Of a stretch of DNA of 64,000 nt, positions 19,403 to 27,047 are shown piece after piece. This DNA is from Deltaproteobacteria bacterium. GTDB lineage: Bacteria; Desulfobacterota; DSM-4660; Desulfatiglandales; HGW-15. Each line of letters opens with the position of its first letter. The stretch's first letter is position 1. The notes below the pieces were generated by a model. It was not told the DNA's origin. It saw nothing but the letters and a program-made list of their open reading frames with translations, and ran no database searches. The translations under genes and the position numbers were made by a program. The DNA lies in contig JAFGGA010000173.1 in the NCBI GenBank assembly GCA_016930835.1, positions 6,156 to 70,155 on the forward strand. Reading direction: 5' to 3'.

Positions 19403-20668
19403 ATGCACACCCCAAAAAATATTATACATCTCATCATCATTCTGGTTTCTTTATCCGTCACGCTTTTTTTAATCACGCCCCTGTCCTTGGGTGTTACGCG
19501 CGATTGGAAGATGGAGATTACGGGTAATACCAAGACCCAAATTCGATATATCCGATCTCTTGTTGAAAAATGCATACTAGATCAGGCGGCCGACGTCGTT
19601 CAAGATGTTGATTTAAAACGCCTGCAGGAATGCCTGATCAATTCCAGGCTCTTTTCCGAGGTTGATGTCGAACTGGATGACGGAATCTTACGCGTCCATG
19701 TCAAAGATCGTTGGAGTATTATCCCCATCCCATTTGTATCAAGCGGCAAGGATCAGGACACCACGGCGGGTTTTCATGTTTATGAAAGCAATCTGTTGGG
19801 ATATGGAAAGACCCTGGGCATCGGCAGTACTTACTCCGAGTCGGGGGCTTCTTATTCGGTCATGTATCATGATCGGTCTCTTTTTTGGTCGGATTGGTCC
19901 GTAGGACTGGCCTTCAGCCGATCCCAGGACCAGATATACCATTATATGGGTGAAGACAAGATGGACGGGATGGATGAATCCGTACGTTACTATAGCTTGT
20001 CGGGCGGATATCGGTTCCATCCGAAGTTTCAGGCCTCACTTAGATATCGCAACCTGGATCGGGATTACGAGGTCTTTGAGGGCTATCAACGACCTGAAGA
20101 TTATCGATCCGATTATTTGGAGTTGCGGTTTCGATGGGATGATTCCAACTATCGTTTTTATTTCCAGGAGGGGATGTCGGCAAACTTGACCATGGCCCGG
20201 CAGATCGGACGAAGTGACGACGATGAAAACCGAGAAACAAAAACGGTTGAAATGGACTTTGGATGGCAACGACCGATTATTCATGACCATATATTTCAAT
20301 TCCGGGTTCAGGCAGGTCGAATCTATCATGAAGATCGGCGGGAGACCTTACGGGTGGGCGGCCGTTCAGGTTTTCGTGGGATTCAAGGCCAGGGGGCATG
20401 GACGAAGCAACATATTGCCGGTTCCCTGGATTATCAGATCCCTTTGCACCGGTCTTCCAAGGGAACCTGGACCGTGGCCCCTTTTGTGGATGCTGGAAGG
20501 TTGATATTGATCACATCCCAGGATGATCAAGTGGACTACTATGCATGCGGTGTGGGAACCTATTATTTCCTCCAAAGGATCGCCCTTCCCGGTCTTGGAT
20601 TGGCTATGGGCCATAACAGTAAATACCAGGATTTCTTTTTTCAATTTACCATTGGTTTTTCCATGTAA
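19403..20668 (+). CDS. Omp85/ShlB-superfamily outer-membrane beta-barrel protein with one POTRA-like domain
   Basis: Signal/anchor N-terminus, a POTRA-like ITGNTKTQIRYIRSLV...LRVHVKDRW, and alternating aromatic beta-strand patterns ending in FQFTIGFSM (C-terminal aromatic-rich strand). Confidence 0.6.
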   Translation: MHTPKNIIHLIIILVSLSVTLFLITPLSLGVTRDWKMEITGNTKTQIRYIRSLVEKCILDQAADVVQDVDLKRLQECLINSRLFSEVDVELDDGILRVHVKDRWSIIPIPFVSSGKDQDTTAGFHVYESNLLGYGKTLGIGSTYSESGASYSVMYHDRSLFWSDWSVGLAFSRSQDQIYHYMGEDKMDGMDESVRYYSLSGGYRFHPKFQASLRYRNLDRDYEVFEGYQRPEDYRSDYLELRFRWDDSNYRFYFQEGMSANLTMARQIGRSDDDENRETKTVEMDFGWQRPIIHDHIFQFRVQAGRIYHEDRRETLRVGGRSGFRGIQGQGAWTKQHIAGSLDYQIPLHRSSKGTWTVAPFVDAGRLILITSQDDQVDYYACGVGTYYFLQRIALPGLGLAMGHNSKYQDFFFQFTIGFSM

Positions 20669-20725
20669 TGAGCTGAGTTCACCTGGATAGCGAATGATTT
20701 TGATATCAAGATAAGGAGATACGCA

Positions 20726-21133
20726 ATGAAGGTATTGGAATTTATGACAAGTAAGGTTGAGTATGTGTCTGCCGAGGCGACCGTCTATGATGCCATTGAG
20801 AAGATGGTGGACCTTGGTATCCGATCTTTGCTGGTGCGTTTTTCCGCAAATGACAAGGATGACGGGGTGATCACAGCCAGGGATGTGGTTTTTAAAGTAC
20901 TGGCCAAAAACAAGGACCCCAAAGATGTTCAGGTATCTCAAATCGCTTCAAAACCCATTATCTGCGTTGATCCGGAAGTGGATATCATTGAAGCATCCGC
21001 GCGAATGGAGGCATCCAATATTACCCGGGTCTTTGTATCGAAAAGAGATAAGATCATCGGTTTTGTCTCTTTGATGGATATCATGGCCGCAAAATTGATC
21101 ATGAGGGCAAGGGGTGAAAATGTTTCTGTATAG
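20726..21133 (+). CDS. CBS-domain pair protein
   Basis: 135 aa. Two CBS-like repeats (VSAEATVYDAIEKMVDLGIRSLLV and VDPEVDIIEASARMEASNITRVFV). Confidence 0.75.
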   Translation: MKVLEFMTSKVEYVSAEATVYDAIEKMVDLGIRSLLVRFSANDKDDGVITARDVVFKVLAKNKDPKDVQVSQIASKPIICVDPEVDIIEASARMEASNITRVFVSKRDKIIGFVSLMDIMAAKLIMRARGENVSV

Positions 21134-21749
21134 GCTTATCTCTCAAGGCAAGAAGGAACGCATCGTCCTTGAAAACATTAGGAGGCATCTGGGACTTCTC
21201 TGCACGGCCTGCGCTCACCTCAAGGATGCGATTGAGATGCATGACAAAAGACTCATGCGTTATGTCATTGGCATGGAAAAAGAGGGGGATGTGATTCGTC
21301 GACAAATCATCGCCCATATTTACGAGGGGGCCTTCCTGCCTTATGTTAGACCCAATTTGTGTAAATTTGTAGAGATCGTCGATGATGTATTTGATTTGCT
21401 GGAAGATGTCACGTCTTACAGTCTGGATCTAAATATCCCTGAACGGATCAGGGGTGAGTGTGTAAGGGTCGCCCATTTGAATCGCCGCATGATTGAAATG
21501 CTTTTGATCACATTTGATTCCTTTTTAAAAGGAGAAGACCTGAGAGAAAAGACCCTTGCCATTCGAATATATGAAAAAAAGATCGATGAGATGAAATTCG
21601 GATTATTCAAGGATGTGAGAGATGTCCCTTTGAAAACCTTCTGGGAAGGAAGGATGCTTTTTGATTTTATTAATGGACTTACCGGACTGAGTGATATGAT
21701 CGAGGATGCAAGTGATTCCCTTCAAATCATATTTGTGAGCATGCGGTAA
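21114..21749 (+). CDS. DUF47 (PhoU-like) phosphate-transport-associated regulator
   Basis: Roughly 210-aa helical protein immediately upstream of a PiT transporter, the conserved DUF47-PitA pairing. It contains EKEGDVIRRQI. Confidence 0.65.
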   Translation: MKMFLYRLISQGKKERIVLENIRRHLGLLCTACAHLKDAIEMHDKRLMRYVIGMEKEGDVIRRQIIAHIYEGAFLPYVRPNLCKFVEIVDDVFDLLEDVTSYSLDLNIPERIRGECVRVAHLNRRMIEMLLITFDSFLKGEDLREKTLAIRIYEKKIDEMKFGLFKDVRDVPLKTFWEGRMLFDFINGLTGLSDMIEDASDSLQIIFVSMR

Positions 21750-21795
21750 CGAACCTCATCATTGCCGGATCTTGGAAATGGACATGCATTAGATT

Positions 21796-22719
21796 ATGTG
21801 GAGGGTTACAAGCGGTATCTTTTTGGGTTGGAGCCTGGGCGCCAATGATGCCTCCAATATATTCGGGACCGGGGTTGCTACAGGTACCGTGAGATATCGG
21901 ACCGCCATCTGGTTGACTGCCCTATTTGTGATGGCAGGCGCCCTTGTTGAAGGCCCTAAATGCATGAAAACCATTGGGGATTTATCTCGTATATTGCCCC
22001 AAGAAGCATTCTATTGCACGTTATCCGCCGCCATAACCATGACTATCCTTACCTATCTGGCCATTCCCGCATCCGCTTCCCAGTGTGTCGTGGGGGCCTT
22101 GCTTGGTGCGGGTATCTTGTCCGGTACGGCGGATTTTTCAAAACTCAATAAGATTATCATCTGTTGGGTATTCACACCGATCACCGGCCTTATCCTGGGA
22201 TACATCCTCTACCGCATGACGCGATTCATGATCACACAGCGAGTCAAGACATTTACGTCCTTGAATACGATATATGTCATCGGGATCATTTTGGCAGGCT
22301 CTTATGGGGCCTATTCGCTGGGGGCCAACAATGTGGCCAATGTGACGGGTATGTATGTGAGTTCGGGGATTTTTTCCATGAATACCGCCGCCTTCATCGG
22401 AGGACTAAGCATTGCTTTCGGTGTGGTCACTTACAGCAAAAAGGTTATGATTACCATCGGCAAAGGGATCGTTCCCTTGGACCCATTATCCGCCCTGGTT
22501 TCGGTACTGGCCGAGGCCTTGACCCTTCATGTTTTTACGCAAGTGGGCGTTCCCGTTTCTTCCTCCCAGGCCATTGTAGGGGCCGTGGCGGGTGTCGGAC
22601 TGGTTGGAGGTGTAAGAACCCTGAGCGTGAAAATCTTATCAAAAATATTTATCGGTTGGATCTTAACCCCCGTGGCATCCGGTATCCTGACTTTTATGGT
22701 GTTGCTTATCCAGTCTTGA
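21796..22719 (+). CDS. Inorganic phosphate transporter, PiT (PHO4) family
   Basis: Duplicated GANDxxN signatures (LGANDASNIFGT and LGANNVANVTG) and a polytopic hydrophobic sequence. Confidence 0.88.
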   Translation: MWRVTSGIFLGWSLGANDASNIFGTGVATGTVRYRTAIWLTALFVMAGALVEGPKCMKTIGDLSRILPQEAFYCTLSAAITMTILTYLAIPASASQCVVGALLGAGILSGTADFSKLNKIIICWVFTPITGLILGYILYRMTRFMITQRVKTFTSLNTIYVIGIILAGSYGAYSLGANNVANVTGMYVSSGIFSMNTAAFIGGLSIAFGVVTYSKKVMITIGKGIVPLDPLSALVSVLAEALTLHVFTQVGVPVSSSQAIVGAVAGVGLVGGVRTLSVKILSKIFIGWILTPVASGILTFMVLLIQS

Positions 22720-23797
22720 TGTCTTCCGCTATTCGATAGACCACGGCATTGATATTCATACCCGCGCCCACGGATGTAAACACAACATGGTCTCCTTTTT
22801 TCAAGGAGTGGTTATTGAGCTTTCCTTTCCTCAGCAAATCATACAGGGTTGGAAGGGTTGCCACCGAGCTGTTTCCCAGCCAAGATATGGTCATAGGCAT
22901 GACAAAATCCGGGATTTCCCGGATACCATACTCTTTATTATACAAACGTTTTAAAATCGCATTATCCATCTTCTCGTTTGCCTGGTGTATGAAGACCTTG
23001 CTGACCTCATTGATGGATAATCCGGCCTTATCCATTGCTTTTTTAACCACAGCGGGGACGGTTTTCAATGCATATTCATAAAGCTTGTGACCATCCATCT
23101 TGAGAAATATCTCACTTCCCTGATATCCGGGATTATACGATGGGCCCATCCACAACATATATCCGTGCCTTATGGCATCGGTCCTTGAAGCATGGGATAA
23201 GATCCCCATGGGTTCCTTATCATGCTTGGCCTCAATCACTGCGGCTCCGGCCCCATCCGCATAGATCATACAGTCCCTGTCATGGGGATCGGAAACCCTT
23301 GAGAGGGTTTCGGCTCCCACAACGAGCGCTTTTACCGCCTCTCCTGTCTTGATATGGGTATTGACCTGTATGACCCCCTGTAACCAACCCGGACATCCGA
23401 AGGGGAGGTCATAGGCGATGGTATCCGGGTTTTCTATTTGCAGATGGTGTTTGACCCTTGTAGCGAGGGAAGGGATCAGATCGGTTTTCTTATTATCGGC
23501 CTTGATATCCCCGAAATTATGAGCCACTATGATCAGATCCAGTTCTTCCGGGTCGACTTGCGCGGATTCCAAGGCGTCGCGGGACGCCATATAAGCGATA
23601 TCGGACGTCAACTGATCATCCGTTACATATCGTCTCTCTGTAATGCCTGTTATTTGTTCGAATTTTTGTATTATCTCTTCGTTTGACTTTTCGATCCTTT
23701 TGCCGTGCTCGTCATAAAATTCATTCTTTAAAAAATCTACATTGCGGACCACTTTTGTAGGAATAAAGCTTCCGGTCCCGGTAATCACTGCGTTCAT
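22706..23797 (-). CDS. 3-oxoacyl-ACP synthase III (KAS III / FabH-like) family protein
   Basis: MNAVITGTGSFIPTK start, active-site region FGCPGWLQG, HQANEKM and GNSSVATLP. GGGAG RBS lies before ATG 23797. The ORF-track extension to 23989 looks spurious. Confidence 0.85.
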   Translation of the reverse strand: MNAVITGTGSFIPTKVVRNVDFLKNEFYDEHGKRIEKSNEEIIQKFEQITGITERRYVTDDQLTSDIAYMASRDALESAQVDPEELDLIIVAHNFGDIKADNKKTDLIPSLATRVKHHLQIENPDTIAYDLPFGCPGWLQGVIQVNTHIKTGEAVKALVVGAETLSRVSDPHDRDCMIYADGAGAAVIEAKHDKEPMGILSHASRTDAIRHGYMLWMGPSYNPGYQGSEIFLKMDGHKLYEYALKTVPAVVKKAMDKAGLSINEVSKVFIHQANEKMDNAILKRLYNKEYGIREIPDFVMPMTISWLGNSSVATLPTLYDLLRKGKLNNHSLKKGDHVVFTSVGAGMNINAVVYRIAEDIKTG

Positions 23798-24158
23798 TCT
23801 GTACAAAACTCCCTTTCCTGATTTGAGGGTGGAGTATAGAGAAAAAGATATCCTGAGTAAAGGAGAAAGTGGGCAAGGATTATGGGGTGCAAATACCCCT
23901 GAAAAGGCAGGCGGAATTTCAAGAAAGATACCAAAGGGATCACCGGCCGTGATCTCATCAAGTGGTGCCATAAGCAAATGGTTTTCCATAGGGTCCCCAA
24001 ATATATCGAGTTCCCGGACTTGCTAGCTAAATCCACGTAGGGAAGATCAGGAGATGCGAAATTCGGGATTCGCGAAAGACGCGGGCGGAATCTTTATAGA
24101 TTGGGTTAAGGATCAAAACCCAGGTCAACGGGATAAACCTGAGAGGACAAATGGATCA

Positions 24159-24935
24159 CTATTTCAACCGAATGATAAATACATCCGCCTGCTGCTCAGT
24201 CGAGTAAGGCCCGAAAAGGATGGATTGAGGGAATCCCTCCACTTTAACATAATAAGAGGTTTCAGGATTCAACTCGTTTTGCGTGGCCCAGGCCGTATAT
24301 TCCTTTCCGCCCATTTCCAGTCTTAGACCTTGCATGGGATAGTTCAAAACGGTTTTGGCCGGCAGGCTGCCGGAAGGGCCGACCGCCTGAAAGGCAATAT
24401 CCGCGCCTTCCACACCAAACATCACACCCGGCCAGTTCCCCTGTTTAGGGCGCACCTCGAACCACTGCCCGATCTGTTCGTTGCCGAGGATATCCAAATA
24501 ATATTCAGGAGGGATTGCTTTCGGTTGTTTATGGACCGCCGCCACCAGTTTGGCCCCTAATCCGGCATCGGATAAGGACATGATCCGAGCTCCTTGAATC
24601 GGAAGGCTCAACCGGTCGGAATCGATTGTATCCCCGGCGGTCTGGAGGATCATGATGGGGAAATTCGAACCCCGCTGGGCCTGGACCGTGATGGTCAGGA
24701 GTGATAATCCATAAAGGGTATCCTGGAATAATAATTCCTTATCAGATCCCAATATCCCCAACATAGCAATATTGGAATCCAGGAGGTTCTCTCTTCCCGC
24801 CTGCCATGCCATGGCCTTTAGATCATCCTTCCAGAAATGACCCTGGACATCGATGCCATAAGCCTTCATCTGGATCATCAGCTGTTGAATGGGTTCCGGG
24901 GAGGTTCCAAGGGAAGTGATCCATATGGTTTTCAT
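24159..24935 (-). CDS. Hypothetical two-domain protein (258 aa), last gene downstream of the T6SS PAAR-like gene
   Basis: ORF only. The N-terminal ~145 aa have an alternating alpha/beta pattern (MKTIWITSLG...) and the C-terminal ~110 aa are beta-rich. No motif recognised. Confidence 0.5.
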   Translation of the reverse strand: MKTIWITSLGTSPEPIQQLMIQMKAYGIDVQGHFWKDDLKAMAWQAGRENLLDSNIAMLGILGSDKELLFQDTLYGLSLLTITVQAQRGSNFPIMILQTAGDTIDSDRLSLPIQGARIMSLSDAGLGAKLVAAVHKQPKAIPPEYYLDILGNEQIGQWFEVRPKQGNWPGVMFGVEGADIAFQAVGPSGSLPAKTVLNYPMQGLRLEMGGKEYTAWATQNELNPETSYYVKVEGFPQSILFGPYSTEQQADVFIIRLK

Positions 24936-25020
24936 GAGGTTATCCTCTTTGGTTGCTTTTGACGAGCTATCAACTTAAAGCCCGAAACTCTCATTTATTA
25001 AATACGTTCAGTCTGTCAAG

Positions 25021-25043
25021 AGGCGCACGGCGCAGGGCAAAGG
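25021..25043. repeat. Single arm of the GCGCAAGG-periodic repeat family (family B)
   Basis: AGGCGCACGGCGCAGGGCAAAGG lies between the PAAR-like gene and the 258-aa gene. Confidence 0.6.
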
Positions 25044-25071
25044 AAAAACACCCAATATAAAAACGACAAGC

Positions 25072-25482
25072 TCATGGTGCTATTATGACCTTGGTCTGGC
25101 TGGGGGAAACCTGGGTACCGGCCGGGGCATTGGCATTTATCCCATTATGGCCGCTCATGGATGTCAAATGAACGCACGGCTGTCCCTCAACCTTAACCTT
25201 GGTGCCACCTATCTTAAAGGATGCCGGGCCCATGTTCATGCCTGATGCTACACCTCCGGCGACACCTGCCTCGTCCCCCATGGTTTTGGGGATCTTCGAT
25301 TTCAGGGTAACCACGGGTTTGTTGATAATCATCACCTTCATAGATGTATTCGTGGCCTGATTCAGCATGGCGGTGTTCGGGAAAGGTGTTGGTATGGGGG
25401 GTAAAGGTGGAGCGGGAACAAGGCACACATCGGGCGGCATAGCCATACAATTCCCGCCCTGTGTGGTTGATGCTGGAAACAT
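25072..25482 (-). CDS. PAAR-like spike-tip protein, DUF4150 family (TagD-like), no toxin extension
   Basis: 136 aa. PPDVCLVPAPPLPPIPTPFPNTA, TMGDEAGVAGGVASG and KVEGQPCVHLTSMSGHNGINAN match the DUF4150 pattern. Confidence 0.8.
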   Translation of the reverse strand: MFPASTTQGGNCMAMPPDVCLVPAPPLPPIPTPFPNTAMLNQATNTSMKVMIINKPVVTLKSKIPKTMGDEAGVAGGVASGMNMGPASFKIGGTKVKVEGQPCVHLTSMSGHNGINANAPAGTQVSPSQTKVIIAP

Positions 25483-25496
25483 ATATTAACTCCTTT

Positions 25497-26372
25497 TTAT
25501 CCAAGATGAATTTTTTCGGCCTGAATCTTATAATCCTCTTCCGCTTTCACAAATGCCTTCTTTGATTTGAAATGAAATGTTTTGGCCACCAAAGTTCGTA
25601 CTCTTCCGGCCTTCATTTGACACAGTTCTTCCACTGTCTGATAGATGTTTCCTGCCTTTACGATGACAGAACCTACAATGCTTTCAAGACGGTCAACTTT
25701 ACTCAATAAACACTTTCCGGTGTACTTTGTTTCTTCGATGTGAACCTCCCCGCGCTCGGCATCAATGCCGATTTTCGGGCCCTCCATTTTCATGCCTTGT
25801 TGTTGAAGGGTAAGGTTGGAACGCAGCTTGCCAAGTGCATCCATGATTCCCAAGCAGACACCTCTTGTACCAGTCATGCCGATGGTCCGGCCGTGAAAGA
25901 TGATCTCTTTTCCTGCCGCAAAGGTAATATTGCCCTTACGGGTCACAAACTCAATGTCCCCGGCCTCCATGCTTACTTTACAGCTTCCGTTTTTCTCATC
26001 ATATTGAAAGATCAGCTCATTTTTTGGAGAAACCACCTTTAGACGCTGTTCGCCCTTTGGTCCTTCAACCTCAGCGCGTGCCCCTTTGCTTAGGGCGATC
26101 TGGTTTTCGTTATTGTCTGGCATGTTTTTCCCGGTCAAAACACCAATCACATATAGGTCTTCCGGATCTTCGCCCACGGCCAGCACTGTGTCCCCTTGCT
26201 CTACACGGTTATGGTCCGCAATGGCATTCCGCGCCCATACCGCTCCTTCCAACGGATATCCTCCAAGCAGCAGTCTCATTCGTGATCCTGAGTCCTCAGT
26301 TTCCAGGACCTTTGCAGGCCCAAGATACCTTGTCCGCGGGATCCTTTTAAATTTTTCCGCAAGATTCAACAT
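25497..26372 (-). CDS. T6SS accessory protein, DUF3540-like (TagC-like) by position
   Basis: 291-aa beta-rich ORF lying between a pentapeptide-repeat gene and the DUF4150 gene. That is the position DUF3540 occupies in DUF2169 / pentapeptide / DUF3540 / DUF4150 modules. The family call rests on synteny, not on a motif I can verify. Confidence 0.5.
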   Translation of the reverse strand: MLNLAEKFKRIPRTRYLGPAKVLETEDSGSRMRLLLGGYPLEGAVWARNAIADHNRVEQGDTVLAVGEDPEDLYVIGVLTGKNMPDNNENQIALSKGARAEVEGPKGEQRLKVVSPKNELIFQYDEKNGSCKVSMEAGDIEFVTRKGNITFAAGKEIIFHGRTIGMTGTRGVCLGIMDALGKLRSNLTLQQQGMKMEGPKIGIDAERGEVHIEETKYTGKCLLSKVDRLESIVGSVIVKAGNIYQTVEELCQMKAGRVRTLVAKTFHFKSKKAFVKAEEDYKIQAEKIHLG

Positions 26373-26600
26373 GATGTCCCTCCGGAGCTATTGTTTTCAG
26401 TGACCTTGGTGGGGTATAAAACCCCACCCTACCATAAATTGATCATTACATAAGTATAAATTCACGTCGTATTGTTGGCCTATAAAGATCATCTTAATTC
26501 CAGTAGTCATACCCCGGTTTATCCGGGGTATCCAGGAACCAGCTTATTATATCAATCCTCCCAAAGCGGATTCTCTTTCTGGATTAGTTTAAGTCTCCAT

Positions 26601-26990
26601 TTACGCGGATATTTTTATTCGCTTTCCTCGACCAATTGTATTTACAGGATCTTGATATTGCTCCAAATAAACAAGTTTGATGGCCTCGTAAAAAGTCAAA
26701 AAACATCCATTTTTGTCATTCCAGCCTGCCTGTGCGTGTTCGCACGCAGACAGGTGAAGAGCGGAATCCAGTCTTTTCAAATACCTATACTGGCTCTGGA
26801 CCCCGGCCTTCACCGGGGTGACAACTTTTTCCGAGTATGTCAAGTTTGCCTATATGATATTTTTAATAAGCCCATCCGTCACCTTTTCTTTATGCCCTCA
26901 TACACATTTAACCAGATCGGAAGTGATAGCCACGTAGAGGTTGCCGTTGCGCTTATTGGTTAGAATGTAAACGTTATAATATTTTACCAT
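26601..26990 (-). pseudogene. Decayed GIY-YIG nuclease-superfamily (UPF0213-like) gene, interrupted by a MITE-like element plus in-frame stops and a frameshift
   Basis: Own translation from ATG 26990: MVKYYNVYILTNKRNGNLYVAITSDLVKCV*GHKEKVTDG..., then the element, then ...KLVYLEQYQDPVNTIGRGKRIKISA. Removing the element and one copy of CAAGTTTG restores ...KYHIGKLVYLEQY. Confidence 0.7.
26680..26840. mobile_element. MITE-like non-autonomous element, copy 1 (161 bp), flanked by a perfect 8-bp direct repeat CAAGTTTG
   Basis: Terminal inverted repeats CTCGTAAAAAGT / ACTTTTTCCGAG. Internal GTCATTCC...GGAATCC and GGACCCCGG...CCGGGGTGAC hairpins. CAAGTTTG at 26672-26679 and 26841-26848. Homologous copy at 60117-60247. 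Confidence 0.7.
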
Positions 26991-27047
26991 ATTTTCCGGA
27001 TTGCCCGGACAAGCCGGGTAATGACATTCTAAAATCGGCGACTGAGT

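Noticed and set aside
20366..20941. 191-aa minus-strand ORF spanning the Omp85-like/CBS junction.
   Set aside because: It is antisense to two well-supported genes and has no recognisable motif.
22164..22739. 191-aa plus-strand ORF in another frame of the PiT gene.
   Set aside because: It is an overlapping alternative frame with an Arg/Gly/His-rich nonsense composition. The PiT frame carries the GANDxxN motifs.
23798..23989. 64-aa N-terminal extension of the KAS III ORF in the ORF track (start 23989).
   Set aside because: The extension has no similarity to FabH N-termini. The canonical MNAVITGTGSFIP start at 23797 has a GGGAG RBS.
26472..26963. 163-aa plus-strand ORF in the 675-bp gap.
   Set aside because: It runs antisense to the GIY-YIG pseudogene and through the MITE. 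It has a low-complexity product and an alternative-codon start.
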